Of a DNA stretch of 64,000 nt, positions 35,573 through 45,614 are shown one piece after another (position 1 is the first letter of the stretch; each line of letters starts with the position of its first letter). The notes under the pieces are model-generated. The model worked only from the letters and a program-made list of their open reading frames with translations, did no database searches and was not told the DNA's origin. The DNA lies in assembly GCA_016845225.1 (NCBI GenBank), contig JAERTB010000005.1:9644-73643 (forward strand), written 5' to 3'. The DNA is from Candidatus Woesearchaeota archaeon. GTDB lineage: Archaea; Nanobdellota; Nanobdellia; SCGC-AAA011-G17; UBA489. Position numbers and translations under genes: made by a program.

Positions 35573-37386
35573 TTTCCACCAAGAAGTTTTCTTGCTTCAC
35601 TTAAAGATTTTTCAAGTTCTCTTTCTGCTGAAGATTTACCTTTTTTTGGAGGGGCTCTTCTTGCTTGGAATTTTGGTTGTGGAGAACCAAATCCTCCCGT
35701 TGGACCTTTTGGTTTGAATACTGGGGCGTTCCCAAATGTTCTTTTTGGTTTTGGTTTCTTATTAAAATAACTCTTGAATGCAATAAATGCTGCAATTCCA
35801 ACAAATAATATGATTAAGAATAATAGGAAAATTGTTCCGAATCCACTTTTTTCTTTTTGAGGTGCTAAGGACTCACATTCACAGTTGTAATTACAAATTT
35901 CTCCAGATAAACATGCGGAATCATCATAACCATCGCATTCTTCTCCAGCTTCTTGAATATCATTTCCACAATACGCTGAAGCTGTAGTTTCTCCACAATC
36001 TAGAGAACATGAAGATTCTTCTGAAGGTTGACATACATTGTCTCCACAGAAACAGTCATTAGGGCAATTTTGGTTTGTTTCACCAAAACTATAATCACAA
36101 ACACCGTCTTCAATACAAAGATCCTTGGTCGTGGTTTCACAATCAGAAGGGCAAGAATATTCATTTTCTGTTAAAGGATTACAGATATCATCTCCGCAAA
36201 TACTTTCATCTGAACTATCGTCTCCTGGAGGCGTTAATGTTTCTGGTAAATCTACAGAAGCGCCTGCAAACGCAGTGTAAAGAATTAGGGCGGTAGTCGC
36301 TTCATCTGCATCCCATGCACCTTCTTGATTTACTGAAGATTCTAAATAATCTATTGCTAATGTAATTTCTTCTGTTGATGCCGATGCAATTAAGCTCATT
36401 AACGCCATGCCTGTTTCAAAATTATTTTTGTTAAAGCTCCCATCTAATCTTTGTATGTCTAATAATTCTTGTAAGTATTTTGTTTTTTTACTTGGATCTG
36501 TTGTTGATAGATAAAGTAAAGAAGTGTCTACTGGTTTTAATGAATCATATGTGTCTAGTAAGTAAAGGTTTGTGTTTATTTCTGAATTTTTATTTGTTAA
36601 TACCCAGTTAGCCCATAATGAAGTATCTTTGTGGCATGTTGCTCCTTGTTTATGGCACGCATTAGGAATTTGTGTTTTGTATTTAGAAGTAGTTGCTTGT
36701 TCAGTTACATAATATGAAGAACCTGAATTGTAAATTATTGAGATTGTTGTTCCTTCTCCAATTGAAGAACAATCGATTGTTAGTTCAATTAAAGGATTGT
36801 TATCAATTAAATTATTTCCTGCAACACATCTGTTTAAATCAAAGAACGTTGGAGGTTGACCTGCAGTACATCCAGGGAATGTACCTTCATCAACTTGAAT
36901 GTCTACTTGTTCTAAAGTTTCTCCAGCAGGATATGCAATTGTACAAGTTTTATCTTGTGCTGAAGTGATGATTTCTAACCACCAGTTTCCTGCTAAACCA
37001 GTTCCTAATTCTGATTCAATGTAAGATTCTATTTCTGAAGTGTCTTCACCATAGTTGGATAATGCCCAGTATGCAATTGCAGTATCTTTAATGTTACAGT
37101 TTCCTTTTGGAAAACATGCTACTGTGTCCTTTTTTTCTGATTGAATATATTTTATTGCTTGCATACCATATGAATTACCGTAACCTGCAAGTTTCATAGC
37201 CATTGCGTAAAAAGAAGTTGCAAAAATACTATCATCACAGTTTCCGCCCTGACAGTGTTCAATCAACCACTCATAACTTGAGGTTGGATCAAAGTCTTCT
37301 GGTTCTTCTTCTGCTAATGTAAATGGGGTTAATAGAGATAGAATTAATATTGATGTTAATATGATTGCTAACTGTTTTTGCTTCAT
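35569..37386 (-). CDS. Secreted surface protein: alpha/alpha-toroid (prenyltransferase/terpene-cyclase-like) repeats plus Cys-rich modules, C-terminal TM
   Basis: 605 aa. Repeats such as SFYAMAMKLAGYG and AIAYWALSNYGED. About 30 Cys in CxxC/EGF-like spacing. C-terminal TM and basic tail. Confidence 0.4.
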   Translation of the reverse strand: MKQKQLAIILTSILILSLLTPFTLAEEEPEDFDPTSSYEWLIEHCQGGNCDDSIFATSFYAMAMKLAGYGNSYGMQAIKYIQSEKKDTVACFPKGNCNIKDTAIAYWALSNYGEDTSEIESYIESELGTGLAGNWWLEIITSAQDKTCTIAYPAGETLEQVDIQVDEGTFPGCTAGQPPTFFDLNRCVAGNNLIDNNPLIELTIDCSSIGEGTTISIIYNSGSSYYVTEQATTSKYKTQIPNACHKQGATCHKDTSLWANWVLTNKNSEINTNLYLLDTYDSLKPVDTSLLYLSTTDPSKKTKYLQELLDIQRLDGSFNKNNFETGMALMSLIASASTEEITLAIDYLESSVNQEGAWDADEATTALILYTAFAGASVDLPETLTPPGDDSSDESICGDDICNPLTENEYSCPSDCETTTKDLCIEDGVCDYSFGETNQNCPNDCFCGDNVCQPSEESSCSLDCGETTASAYCGNDIQEAGEECDGYDDSACLSGEICNYNCECESLAPQKEKSGFGTIFLLFLIILFVGIAAFIAFKSYFNKKPKPKRTFGNAPVFKPKGPTGGFGSPQPKFQARRAPPKKGKSSAERELEKSLSEARKLLGGK

Positions 37387-37468
37387 TAAAATAACCCCTT
37401 TTTGTTAAGTATTAAATTTGAAAGAGTATTTAAATAACTTTCTATGTAATGAGGGTAGAGGGCTTAAG

Positions 37469-38041
37469 ATGGCAAAGAAATTAACGTTTGGAGAAGTAAT
37501 TGGAAAAGGTAAAAGGGGCGTAGTTAGAGAGTGTACTTTTGATGGAAAGAAGTGTGCTGTTAAGGTTCCTACTGTTGAGAGTGATGCTATTTGTAGGATT
37601 TCTAATGAAAGTTATTGGTTGAAACGATTAAATGAGTATGGAATTGGCCCTAAATTTGTTTATGCTGATGATGAAGTGTTAGTTATGGAATTTTTGGATG
37701 GAGTTCATTTAGTTGATTACTTGAAGGTTGAAAAAGATGATAAAAAAATTAGAAAAGTGTTTAAGAAAATATTGAAAGAGTGTAGAGTTATGGATAAGTT
37801 GAAATTAAATAAGTTAGAAATGCATAGAATTACTAAGAATGCTATCGTTGTAGGTAATGATGTTGTGTTGATTGATTTTGAGAGATGTAAACGAGTTTTG
37901 GTTCCTAAGAATGTTACTCAGTTTTTTCAGTTTTTAATTAAGAGAGGTTTTGTTGATGGTTCTAAAATTTTGAAAGATTTGAAAAGATATAAAGAAGATA
38001 ATTCTGAAAAAAACTTTAAGGTTTTGGAGAAGTTTGTTTAG
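37469..38041 (+). CDS. Small atypical protein kinase (Bud32/RIO-like)
   Basis: Gly-rich loop IGKGKRGVV, AVK lysine, DFE(R) metal-binding region. Length about 190 aa fits Bud32. Confidence 0.55.
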   Translation: MAKKLTFGEVIGKGKRGVVRECTFDGKKCAVKVPTVESDAICRISNESYWLKRLNEYGIGPKFVYADDEVLVMEFLDGVHLVDYLKVEKDDKKIRKVFKKILKECRVMDKLKLNKLEMHRITKNAIVVGNDVVLIDFERCKRVLVPKNVTQFFQFLIKRGFVDGSKILKDLKRYKEDNSEKNFKVLEKFV

Positions 38042-39443
38042 GTTTTTTCTTAACAACTTTCTTTTTAGAAACTCTCTTTCTTGTTGTTTTTTTCTTAACA
38101 ACTTTCTTTTTAGTATTCTTTTGGGCTTCAAATCTCATTTTAATTAATGTATAATTTAGAGGGTTCTTTATTTTTGCACACAAACCGTCTGGAGAACATA
38201 TACCTAATGCTTTGTAATATCCTTCGTTTGCACAGTTTGGAGGGAGTAGCGAAGCTGAACGATTAACTGCATTTAATTGTGCTATAAGATATCCTTCCCT
38301 TACAGGATCTCCATTTTTCTTATTCCATTCATCCATCTTATGTTTAATTTCTTCAGGAGAATAGTTTAAACTTTTTAAGAAATTAAGTAAAATGAATAAA
38401 GACCTTTTCTTTCCGTCTTCTTTTATTCCTTCTAATGCTTTCTTTACACAAGGAGGATAATATTCTTCTTTTACTAATTTATTATCTACAACTACTGCTT
38501 CAAAGTTTTTCTTTTCCGGTTGTGCAAAATAATCTTTTCCTTGAACAACTATTGTGGACTTTCTTGTTAATTTAGAATCTTTATTGGGCGCATCAAATGC
38601 CTGAATCAACAATGATCTTGCTTCTGGTTCTACTGGTTTTTTTAAGAATTTGATATCAGTGTTTACGTTTTCTATTTTTGCCTGTCCTAGTTTGAATCTG
38701 TTTATGTTGTTTGGATCAACAGGTACACTAATTAACCCTGATTTTTCATTAACCGAATAAACTGAACGAAATAGATGTCTTGAAGAGATTAATATTGTGT
38801 CTATGTCTACTATTGCAAATGGGTTGAATTTTCCATCAAGAGTTATTTCTTCAATTGATTTGCCTGTGAATTTTGAAATTTCTTCAATTGTTGCTTCCGA
38901 TAAAATCTTTTCAGATAATTTATCAAAAATCATGTTTCCTAAAAAATCTGCTATTTTTCTTGGACCTTCAGGAAATAATTGACTTGTTGGTTTACCATCT
39001 ATTTCTTTAGGAAATGCTTCAAATGGGATAATTATATGGAATCCTTTTCTTCCACTGAACTTGACTCCAAATGATTTGATATTGTAGAACTTTAAGGCTT
39101 CAATTAGTAAGAATGTTGTGATCTGGGAGTATTCTACGTATGCTGAATCAATATCTAGAACACAATCCCATCCGCTTCTTAATGCATTTAATTCTTTTCT
39201 GGGCATTCCTGTGACTATCTGTAAGGGATTGCTCCAGCGTTCTTCAGATACGTGGAATGAAGAAGCTCCGCTCCTAGCGAATTCAAATACGTCTGAGCCA
39301 TATTGTAGTATATCTGGACGTTTGCCAAATCCTCCGTCACTATACCTTACTGCTACCTCTCTATCTTTAGCTAAGTCTAGAATAGCATTTTGAATAGGTT
39401 TACGAGCATAAAATTTTAGAAGATTTTCAAAGTCTAAGGCCAT
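38016..39443 (-). CDS. priS: DNA primase: PriS catalytic subunit fused to PriL-CTD-like Fe-S domain, lysine-rich tail
   Basis: PriS motifs WDCVLDIDS, SGRKGFHIIIP and RHLFRSVYSVNEKSG. C-terminal PPCVKK plus three further Cys (CANEGYY...GICSPDGLC) resembling the PriL CTD. KKVVKKK tail. Confidence 0.8.
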   Translation of the reverse strand: MALDFENLLKFYARKPIQNAILDLAKDREVAVRYSDGGFGKRPDILQYGSDVFEFARSGASSFHVSEERWSNPLQIVTGMPRKELNALRSGWDCVLDIDSAYVEYSQITTFLLIEALKFYNIKSFGVKFSGRKGFHIIIPFEAFPKEIDGKPTSQLFPEGPRKIADFLGNMIFDKLSEKILSEATIEEISKFTGKSIEEITLDGKFNPFAIVDIDTILISSRHLFRSVYSVNEKSGLISVPVDPNNINRFKLGQAKIENVNTDIKFLKKPVEPEARSLLIQAFDAPNKDSKLTRKSTIVVQGKDYFAQPEKKNFEAVVVDNKLVKEEYYPPCVKKALEGIKEDGKKRSLFILLNFLKSLNYSPEEIKHKMDEWNKKNGDPVREGYLIAQLNAVNRSASLLPPNCANEGYYKALGICSPDGLCAKIKNPLNYTLIKMRFEAQKNTKKKVVKKKTTRKRVSKKKVVKKKPKQTSPKP

Positions 39444-39497
39444 GGATAAAGGATGCTATAGGCTGTTTAAATAGATTTTGAGCTTAGAATTGAGGTG

Positions 39498-39944
39498 TTA
39501 ATGGTTGCAATTAGGACCGTGAACGTGAGGTTCTTGTTTTGGAGAAAGCTCTGCTAATTCGTTATTTAAAGTGTTTAACTTTTGATAACTCTCTTCAATT
39601 TCTCCCTCTAATTGTGTAAGAATTTTATTTAGTTCTACTAATTGTTTATCAACTAGTTCGCTTGACTCTTTGATTGGTTTTTCTATTACTACGTTTGAAC
39701 CAATGTTAACTAGAACGTTAGTATTATCTTTTAATTCTGATTTTAAGAAAATTCCAGAACCAATTGGAGTATTCATTGAGGATCCAACTTTAGTTTTTAG
39801 AATGTTTTCTATGTTTTCTTTTAGAGAAGTAAATTCAACCATTTGTTTTTCAACAGTTGCTTTCTTTTGTTGTAAGTGATTGATAGCTTGCTCTAGCATC
39901 TGGAATTCCATGTACTTATTTCTTAGAATTGTTTCGTCTGTCAT
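39498..39944 (-). CDS. pfdA: Prefoldin alpha subunit
   Basis: 148 aa. Coiled coil, double beta-hairpin (GSGIFLKSELKDNTNVLVNIGSNVVIE), coiled coil. Confidence 0.75.
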   Translation of the reverse strand: MTDETILRNKYMEFQMLEQAINHLQQKKATVEKQMVEFTSLKENIENILKTKVGSSMNTPIGSGIFLKSELKDNTNVLVNIGSNVVIEKPIKESSELVDKQLVELNKILTQLEGEIEESYQKLNTLNNELAELSPKQEPHVHGPNCNH

Positions 39945-39981
39945 TTTTTATTTTTTTGTTTTTCAGTATTTAAGTTTTGTG

Positions 39982-42009
39982 TTATGGTAATAGCATTACA
40001 GGCACTGCCGGTGCAATTGAGTATATTTCTGAGTTTATTTCTAAATCTTCTTCTGAAGAAGTTACAAATGAGAAATATACGGTTTTTCCTATGTAATTCT
40101 GATTGTTTGGGATTGTCCAAGTTACTGTACTTGTCCCATTCAAGTTTAATTGAGATTGAGCATTTGAAAATCCATAATTAGTTGAATTTGACAACATATT
40201 TTTGAATATTTGATTATATTCTAAAGGAATTTCTCTCCTATCTGGCAAGGTTAATGGAGGAGTCATACTATCAGACATAAGTAAAGTATAATTTTTATTT
40301 GGATTTAAATGATCTGTCAAAGAAATATTTATTGTTGTTCCAATTTGTACTAAATTGTTTACAGTTATATTTGCTTGTGAATTTTCTTCAATGTTCAGGC
40401 TAGTTTCTACTTGATTGTTGGTTTCATTTAGTTCATAAATTGAATTGTTTGGATCTATGTTTACTTTTACCAGATATTCTTCAAATTTAGGAAATATGTG
40501 ATTAATTACTGCAGTATAATTCTCTCCAGGAGAAATATTTGCAATGTTTATTCCTGCACCTTTTCCATCACCAAACTCGATTCTCCCTTCAATGTTTTCT
40601 GCAAAAATTGTTCCTTGGTTTTCAATATTGTAAACAAAAGAAAACTTTCTAGGATTTATTGGATCTTGTTTCTTAAAAATTAAAACTGGAGATAAATCAG
40701 GAGTGCCATTTACAAAGATAGTCATTGTTCCTTTGTTGTTTGATTCATTTGATTCTTGAATAAGGTCTTGAGGATCCAATTCAAAATAAAATGTGTAATA
40801 TCCTCCTAAATCATAAGTGTGATTAATTAAAATGTTTAAACTTTCCCCCGCATTAAGATTTCTTGAGTTACTTCCATTTGGATAATCAAAATTATATTTC
40901 CATTCAAAGGTACTTACTGGACCACTTCCCAAATTTGCTATTGTGATGTTTGCAGTTACAGTCTCTCCGATTTCTACATAGTTAGGTAGGTAAGTCATAT
41001 CTAAAATTTTTAAATCTGGTAAACTTTGATTTGAATAAGTTTCTATAGTATTAAAATTGTAATTTGGAGAAGGATCTGCATATTTATTTAACCTTACTTC
41101 GTAAACATAAATATCAGTACTGTGGTTTGGGCCTAATCCAAAGAAAACACTTTCTGTACCTTGTGTATTTGAAGTTCCTTGCCAATTAAATTTATCGTTT
41201 CCATTTTGAATTGTTAAATTATTTCTTGTTGAATTCCAAAGAAATGTGGAATCTACTATTGCCCCATTCATGTTTACGCCTATATTCTGGCTAGCTATTC
41301 CCCCTTTATCAGAAGTAATCCATAATGCATCTGCCCCTGCATTTGCATGATTCATCCAATGGAAATATCCCCCAGTAGAATCTGATTGTGAATCTGCAAA
41401 TCCAAATGAATGATAATCTCCGTCATTATTTCTAACTTTTTTTGTTCTCATCCATAAATCTAAATTATCTGCTTGATCAAATTTCTTTATTGACTTTAGA
41501 TAGGAAGTTCCATGTAATGCGTAAGCATAACCATTTGTTTCTACCCAATCCGAAGTATTTGTCCAAATTGATGAATCAATTATACCATCTTCAAAATCAT
41601 CTGCTAAAATGAATGAGGATTTTAGATCACTTGTTGATTGGACTGATTCATTTCCAAAATATAAATACAGTTTAGCATGACCGTTAGGATCTAATTTCGG
41701 AAGTTTTACCCAGACTTCTGCAGAAATGTTGTTGCTAGATTCTACCCAATACGGGATTGTCTGAGTTCCATCAATATTTGTAAATCTTATATCTTCAAAA
41801 TTTTCTTGCATATTTGATTCATAAGGAATTGTTAACTGGAGAGAATAGTCTGAAAGATTGTTTCCAGAGAGTTCTTGAACATCTAACAATCTTCTGTTTT
41901 GCCAATTAGGATCCCACCAATTTGATGCAGAAACAATACTAGAAGTTAATATAATGATAAATAAAGAAAGGATTAGAAATTTTGAAAGTTTTTTTGTTGT
42001 GTTTTGCAT
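39982..42009 (-). CDS. Large secreted surface protein (DUF2341-like N-terminal W..W..R motif, CARDB-like Ig domains)
   Basis: 675 aa. Signal peptide, WWDPNWQNRRLL, LamG-like middle, repeated Ig-like segments with NxT/S sequons. Confidence 0.4.
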   Translation of the reverse strand: MQNTTKKLSKFLILSLFIIILTSSIVSASNWWDPNWQNRRLLDVQELSGNNLSDYSLQLTIPYESNMQENFEDIRFTNIDGTQTIPYWVESSNNISAEVWVKLPKLDPNGHAKLYLYFGNESVQSTSDLKSSFILADDFEDGIIDSSIWTNTSDWVETNGYAYALHGTSYLKSIKKFDQADNLDLWMRTKKVRNNDGDYHSFGFADSQSDSTGGYFHWMNHANAGADALWITSDKGGIASQNIGVNMNGAIVDSTFLWNSTRNNLTIQNGNDKFNWQGTSNTQGTESVFFGLGPNHSTDIYVYEVRLNKYADPSPNYNFNTIETYSNQSLPDLKILDMTYLPNYVEIGETVTANITIANLGSGPVSTFEWKYNFDYPNGSNSRNLNAGESLNILINHTYDLGGYYTFYFELDPQDLIQESNESNNKGTMTIFVNGTPDLSPVLIFKKQDPINPRKFSFVYNIENQGTIFAENIEGRIEFGDGKGAGINIANISPGENYTAVINHIFPKFEEYLVKVNIDPNNSIYELNETNNQVETSLNIEENSQANITVNNLVQIGTTINISLTDHLNPNKNYTLLMSDSMTPPLTLPDRREIPLEYNQIFKNMLSNSTNYGFSNAQSQLNLNGTSTVTWTIPNNQNYIGKTVYFSFVTSSEEDLEINSEIYSIAPAVPVMLLP

Positions 42010-42014
42010 TGGTC

Positions 42015-42440
42015 TTATTTTTTTGTAGCGGTTTTCTTAACTACTTTTTTGACGGTTTTCTTTGTAACTTTTTTCACAACTTTTTTTACTTTTGGTTTTT
42101 CTTCTTTTTTTTCAACCTTAGGTTTTGCAACTTTCTTAGGTTTTTCTTTTGAATGTGATTTTCTAACTCTTCTAGGGCGTTCAGTCTTTTTTGTTTTTGG
42201 TTTTGTAGTTTTAACATCGATGTTTAAAGTTTTGAATGCAGTTGCTACTTTAGCATGTGCATCTCCTTTTTTAATATCTAAGGTTTTGTTAAGTGGTTCT
42301 AAATGATTTATACTACACTTTCTTCTTCTTGTTTCTCCATCAATTAATACGAAGTTAGAATCAATTTTTTCAACAACAACAGCTTTCTTTCCAGCGTCTC
42401 TTCCTGCTATTTTAACGCAAACTCTTCCTACATCAATCAT
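42015..42440 (-). CDS. rpl14e: 50S ribosomal protein L14e with KKVVKK lysine-repeat tail
   Basis: MIDVGRVCVKIAGRDAGKKAVVVEKIDSNFVLIDG matches eL14. C-terminal VKKVVKKVTKKTVKKVVKK. Confidence 0.85.
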   Translation of the reverse strand: MIDVGRVCVKIAGRDAGKKAVVVEKIDSNFVLIDGETRRRKCSINHLEPLNKTLDIKKGDAHAKVATAFKTLNIDVKTTKPKTKKTERPRRVRKSHSKEKPKKVAKPKVEKKEEKPKVKKVVKKVTKKTVKKVVKKTATKK

Positions 42441-42712
42441 TGTTCTTCCTCTCTTGCTTTAGTAATTAGTAATTTTCTTGTTGCCTTAGAAGATAAAACT
42501 CCACCATAAGGTCTTTCAGGTCTTCTTTTTGACTTAGAGATTGTTTGTAACTTTGCTGATCTTGCTTGAGGCACTGCTTGTAAAGGTTTACCAGTCACAG
42601 CACACACTACTCTAGATGATCTTTTTTGCTTTACAGTTACTTTTGATCTTCCACCAGGTAAACGAATTGTCTGCTTTCCCTTGGTCTTAGAATTTACTGA
42701 TTTTCCTGCCAT
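42437..42712 (-). CDS. rpl34e: 50S ribosomal protein L34e
   Basis: 91 aa. eL34-like N-terminus and central region with one Cys. Conserved position before L14e. Confidence 0.85.
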   Translation of the reverse strand: MAGKSVNSKTKGKQTIRLPGGRSKVTVKQKRSSRVVCAVTGKPLQAVPQARSAKLQTISKSKRRPERPYGGVLSSKATRKLLITKAREEEQ

Positions 42713-42770
42713 TGTGTGATTTAGTTCTAAAATTTGATTTAAAAAGTTTTGGGTAGCTAGAAGCGCTGTA

Positions 42771-43238
42771 TTAGTGAATTTTAAGGATTTTACGGATAAT
42801 TATGCTAAAGAACACCGCTGATAGAAAATAAGTTCCTAACCAACCTAATCCTGTGCCAAATAACGGAACATTTGCACTCCAAGTGATAATATCTCCCATT
42901 TCTGAAAATTTTGCTCTTAACCATCCAAATACAATAATTAAAGGTATGAAAGTGATCATAGTTGGCTTCATACTTAGTTTCATATATTGTAAATTTTTAG
43001 CCATTGCTTTCTTTTGAATTTTCATGAATTTTTCTGGATTATCTCTCAGAGTTTTCATTTCTTTTTGAAGTTCTTTTAGTTCTTTTTTTAGAGCCTTCAT
43101 TAAATGCTGATCTGTGAAAAATTTATAGAATAAATTAATCATAAGTGTTAATAAAACTGAGACTAAAATTACAGCCCACGCTGCACCTAACTTCATGAAT
43201 GGTTGAAATAACCAATCGAAAAAACTTTCTAACACCAT
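42771..43238 (-). CDS. DUF106/EMC3-like membrane insertase homologue (archaeal Oxa1 superfamily)
   Basis: 155 aa. Three TM helices with a charged coiled-coil loop. Conserved position between secY and L34e. Confidence 0.65.
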   Translation of the reverse strand: MVLESFFDWLFQPFMKLGAAWAVILVSVLLTLMINLFYKFFTDQHLMKALKKELKELQKEMKTLRDNPEKFMKIQKKAMAKNLQYMKLSMKPTMITFIPLIIVFGWLRAKFSEMGDIITWSANVPLFGTGLGWLGTYFLSAVFFSIIIRKILKIH

Positions 43239-43242
43239 CTTT

Positions 43243-44649
43243 TTATTTCTCCATCATCTTTCTTAATGCTGGATGCATATCCATCATATGTTGTTGTGCG
43301 ATCTCCTCGTATAGTTTGTAAATAATCATTACTGCTAGTAAGATACCTGTTCCATTTGCTAATGCTCCAAGTAAATCTGCTGATGCTGCTAAAACTCCGA
43401 TAGCCACTCCTCCAAGCACTGTTAATGAAGGAATGTACCTATTTAAGATTGCTTCTAAAACTCTTGGATCTCTTCTGAATCCTGGAATTTGTAAACCTGA
43501 TGCCATCATCTTCTTTGCCTGTGCTGCCGCATCCATTCCTGCAGTTTGAACCCAGAAAACTGAGAATAAAACTGCTCCGCCAACCATTAATGCCATGTAA
43601 ACTACTGCATGTGCAATATCTATTCCTGCTAATGATCCAGTAATCATTCCATGGACAAGATTTGGAGGATATATCCATGCAACTAAACCTGATGAAGGGG
43701 TGTTTCCTGCAAAAGTACCTAGTATAGGTTTACCCCAATTTTCTAATAGTCTCGCCCATAATTGGATGTTAGCTAAAAGTGCTGCTGTTAAAATAACTGG
43801 GATGTTTGAAGTATATAAGAAATTTAATGGCCATCTCATTCCGTGACCCCTTACTCTTCCGAAAGATAGAGGGATTTGAATTTTCATGGATTGTGCATAC
43901 ACTGAAAATATGAAAATAAATATTGTTGCTAAAATTGCTGCTAAAGCTAATCCTGCACCCAATGGATTTCTACCCATTAATGATTGGAAAAATACCCAAA
44001 CTTGTCCAATTGGTGCTTGGCCTGAACCGAATGCCCAACTACCAATACTGTTTAGTGGAGAAAGTGCTCTTACGAAAATTGAACTTGACACCCCTGCAGC
44101 GATGAATAGTGAAACACCTGAACCAAATCCATATTTATTGATAACTTGATCCATGTAAAGAACCATGAAACCTCCCAAGATTAATTGAAACACTAATGTA
44201 AATTGCATAAGTAAATATGAAGAAGTTCCTAATAATTCTGATGCTGGTGCTAATCCGCCCAAGAACACATAAATAAATGCTTCAAATACAATAAAGAATA
44301 CAGTCATTACTTTTTGTAAACCTTGAAAAAACATTTTTCCATCTGGGGTGTTTGTATCGATTTTTAATATACCTGAACCTGTTAATAATTGAAGTACGAT
44401 GGATGCTGTTACAATAGGGCCAATACCTAAGGACATGATGGAACCAAAACTTGCTCCAAGAATAATTGAAAGTGATTCAAATTGAGAAAGTGCGTTTTGA
44501 CCTAAACCGAATAAAGGAATTATGGATAAAACAAAGAATGCAACTAGAATTAATAATGTCCATTTTAGTTTTACTTTGAATCCAAGTCTTTTTTCAGAAG
44601 GACCCCTTACTTCGGGAAAAATATTTGCTACTTTTTCAAAAAATTTCAT
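43243..44649 (-). CDS. secY: Preprotein translocase SecY
   Basis: 468 aa, 10 TM. Conserved SecY blocks and position after L15. Confidence 0.95.
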   Translation of the reverse strand: MKFFEKVANIFPEVRGPSEKRLGFKVKLKWTLLILVAFFVLSIIPLFGLGQNALSQFESLSIILGASFGSIMSLGIGPIVTASIVLQLLTGSGILKIDTNTPDGKMFFQGLQKVMTVFFIVFEAFIYVFLGGLAPASELLGTSSYLLMQFTLVFQLILGGFMVLYMDQVINKYGFGSGVSLFIAAGVSSSIFVRALSPLNSIGSWAFGSGQAPIGQVWVFFQSLMGRNPLGAGLALAAILATIFIFIFSVYAQSMKIQIPLSFGRVRGHGMRWPLNFLYTSNIPVILTAALLANIQLWARLLENWGKPILGTFAGNTPSSGLVAWIYPPNLVHGMITGSLAGIDIAHAVVYMALMVGGAVLFSVFWVQTAGMDAAAQAKKMMASGLQIPGFRRDPRVLEAILNRYIPSLTVLGGVAIGVLAASADLLGALANGTGILLAVMIIYKLYEEIAQQHMMDMHPALRKMMEK

Positions 44650-44683
44650 ATTTACAAGACCAGTTTTCTATTTTTAACATGTT

Positions 44684-45109
44684 CTATTCTTCAGAAGACT
44701 CGGAAGGTTTGGAAAGAACAGTTACTTTTCCCCCATTTGCTTCTATTTTTTGTTTAGCCTTTTCTGAACATGTATCTACTGTAATCTCGTATTTTAATTT
44801 TGGTGAACCTTTGCCTAAAAGTTTTTTGTATCCTAAACTTCCTAAATCTAATTTTGGAGTTTCTGGAAGATCGCATATGTTAATGGATTTAACTTCCACT
44901 GTTGTTTTTCTATGGAATCCCCTTTTACCTAAATAAGAAAGTCCAAATTTTTGAAGAACTGTGAATTTTCTATGATCTGCCCTCTTACCAGTACCAGCAT
45001 TACCATACCCTCCACGATTACCTGATCCTCTTCTCTTCTTTTGAGAACCTCCTCCGTGTGTTCTTTCTCCTCTGTAACGCTTTAGTTTTTTTTGTCTTTT
45101 TACTGTCAT
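44684..45109 (-). CDS. rpl15: 50S ribosomal protein L15 (uL15)
   Basis: Gly/Arg-rich N-terminus ([30 protein letters not shown]). Synteny. Confidence 0.85.
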   Translation of the reverse strand: MTVKRQKKLKRYRGERTHGGGSQKKRRGSGNRGGYGNAGTGKRADHRKFTVLQKFGLSYLGKRGFHRKTTVEVKSINICDLPETPKLDLGSLGYKKLLGKGSPKLKYEITVDTCSEKAKQKIEANGGKVTVLSKPSESSEE

Positions 45110-45110
45110 T

Positions 45111-45614
45111 TTAAAGCATCCTTGTTAATATATCTTTGATTTTATCTTTTCTGTATCCCACAACTCCACCTTGTGCGAATGGAACCTTTATTCCTTTTCT
45201 TTCAAATCCTTTTACAGGAGGATTTAATTTAAAGAAACTCTTTAGTCCTGGAACATCTTTAATTTCTTTTTTGAATGAGATAAAATCTTTTGCAAAACTT
45301 GCAATATCTGATTTTGTTTTTTCTTTTAAGTAATCGTCTGTTAATCTTTTGTTGCCTGGAAGTTTTCCTCTTGCTTTGAATAGTGATTCACAAGTTTCTT
45401 CATCGATTTCTCCCCATGTAGCATCGTTCTTTATTTTTTCTAACATTCCTAAATGTGAAGGATCGTTAGGAATAATTACACAAGTGTACTTATTGTAGAG
45501 TCTTAACTTTTCAAATGTAGCCTTAACGTCATGCCTCATACCTGGCTTTCCTTTAATTCTAATTACTGCAATTCTTCTTTTTTCAGTCATTTTAAAGTTT
45601 TGAACCCTCCACAA
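45111..45614 (-). CDS. rpl30: 50S ribosomal protein L30 (uL30)
   Basis: 167 aa archaeal long form. Synteny S5-L30-L15. Confidence 0.8.
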   Translation of the reverse strand: MWRVQNFKMTEKRRIAVIRIKGKPGMRHDVKATFEKLRLYNKYTCVIIPNDPSHLGMLEKIKNDATWGEIDEETCESLFKARGKLPGNKRLTDDYLKEKTKSDIASFAKDFISFKKEIKDVPGLKSFFKLNPPVKGFERKGIKVPFAQGGVVGYRKDKIKDILTRML

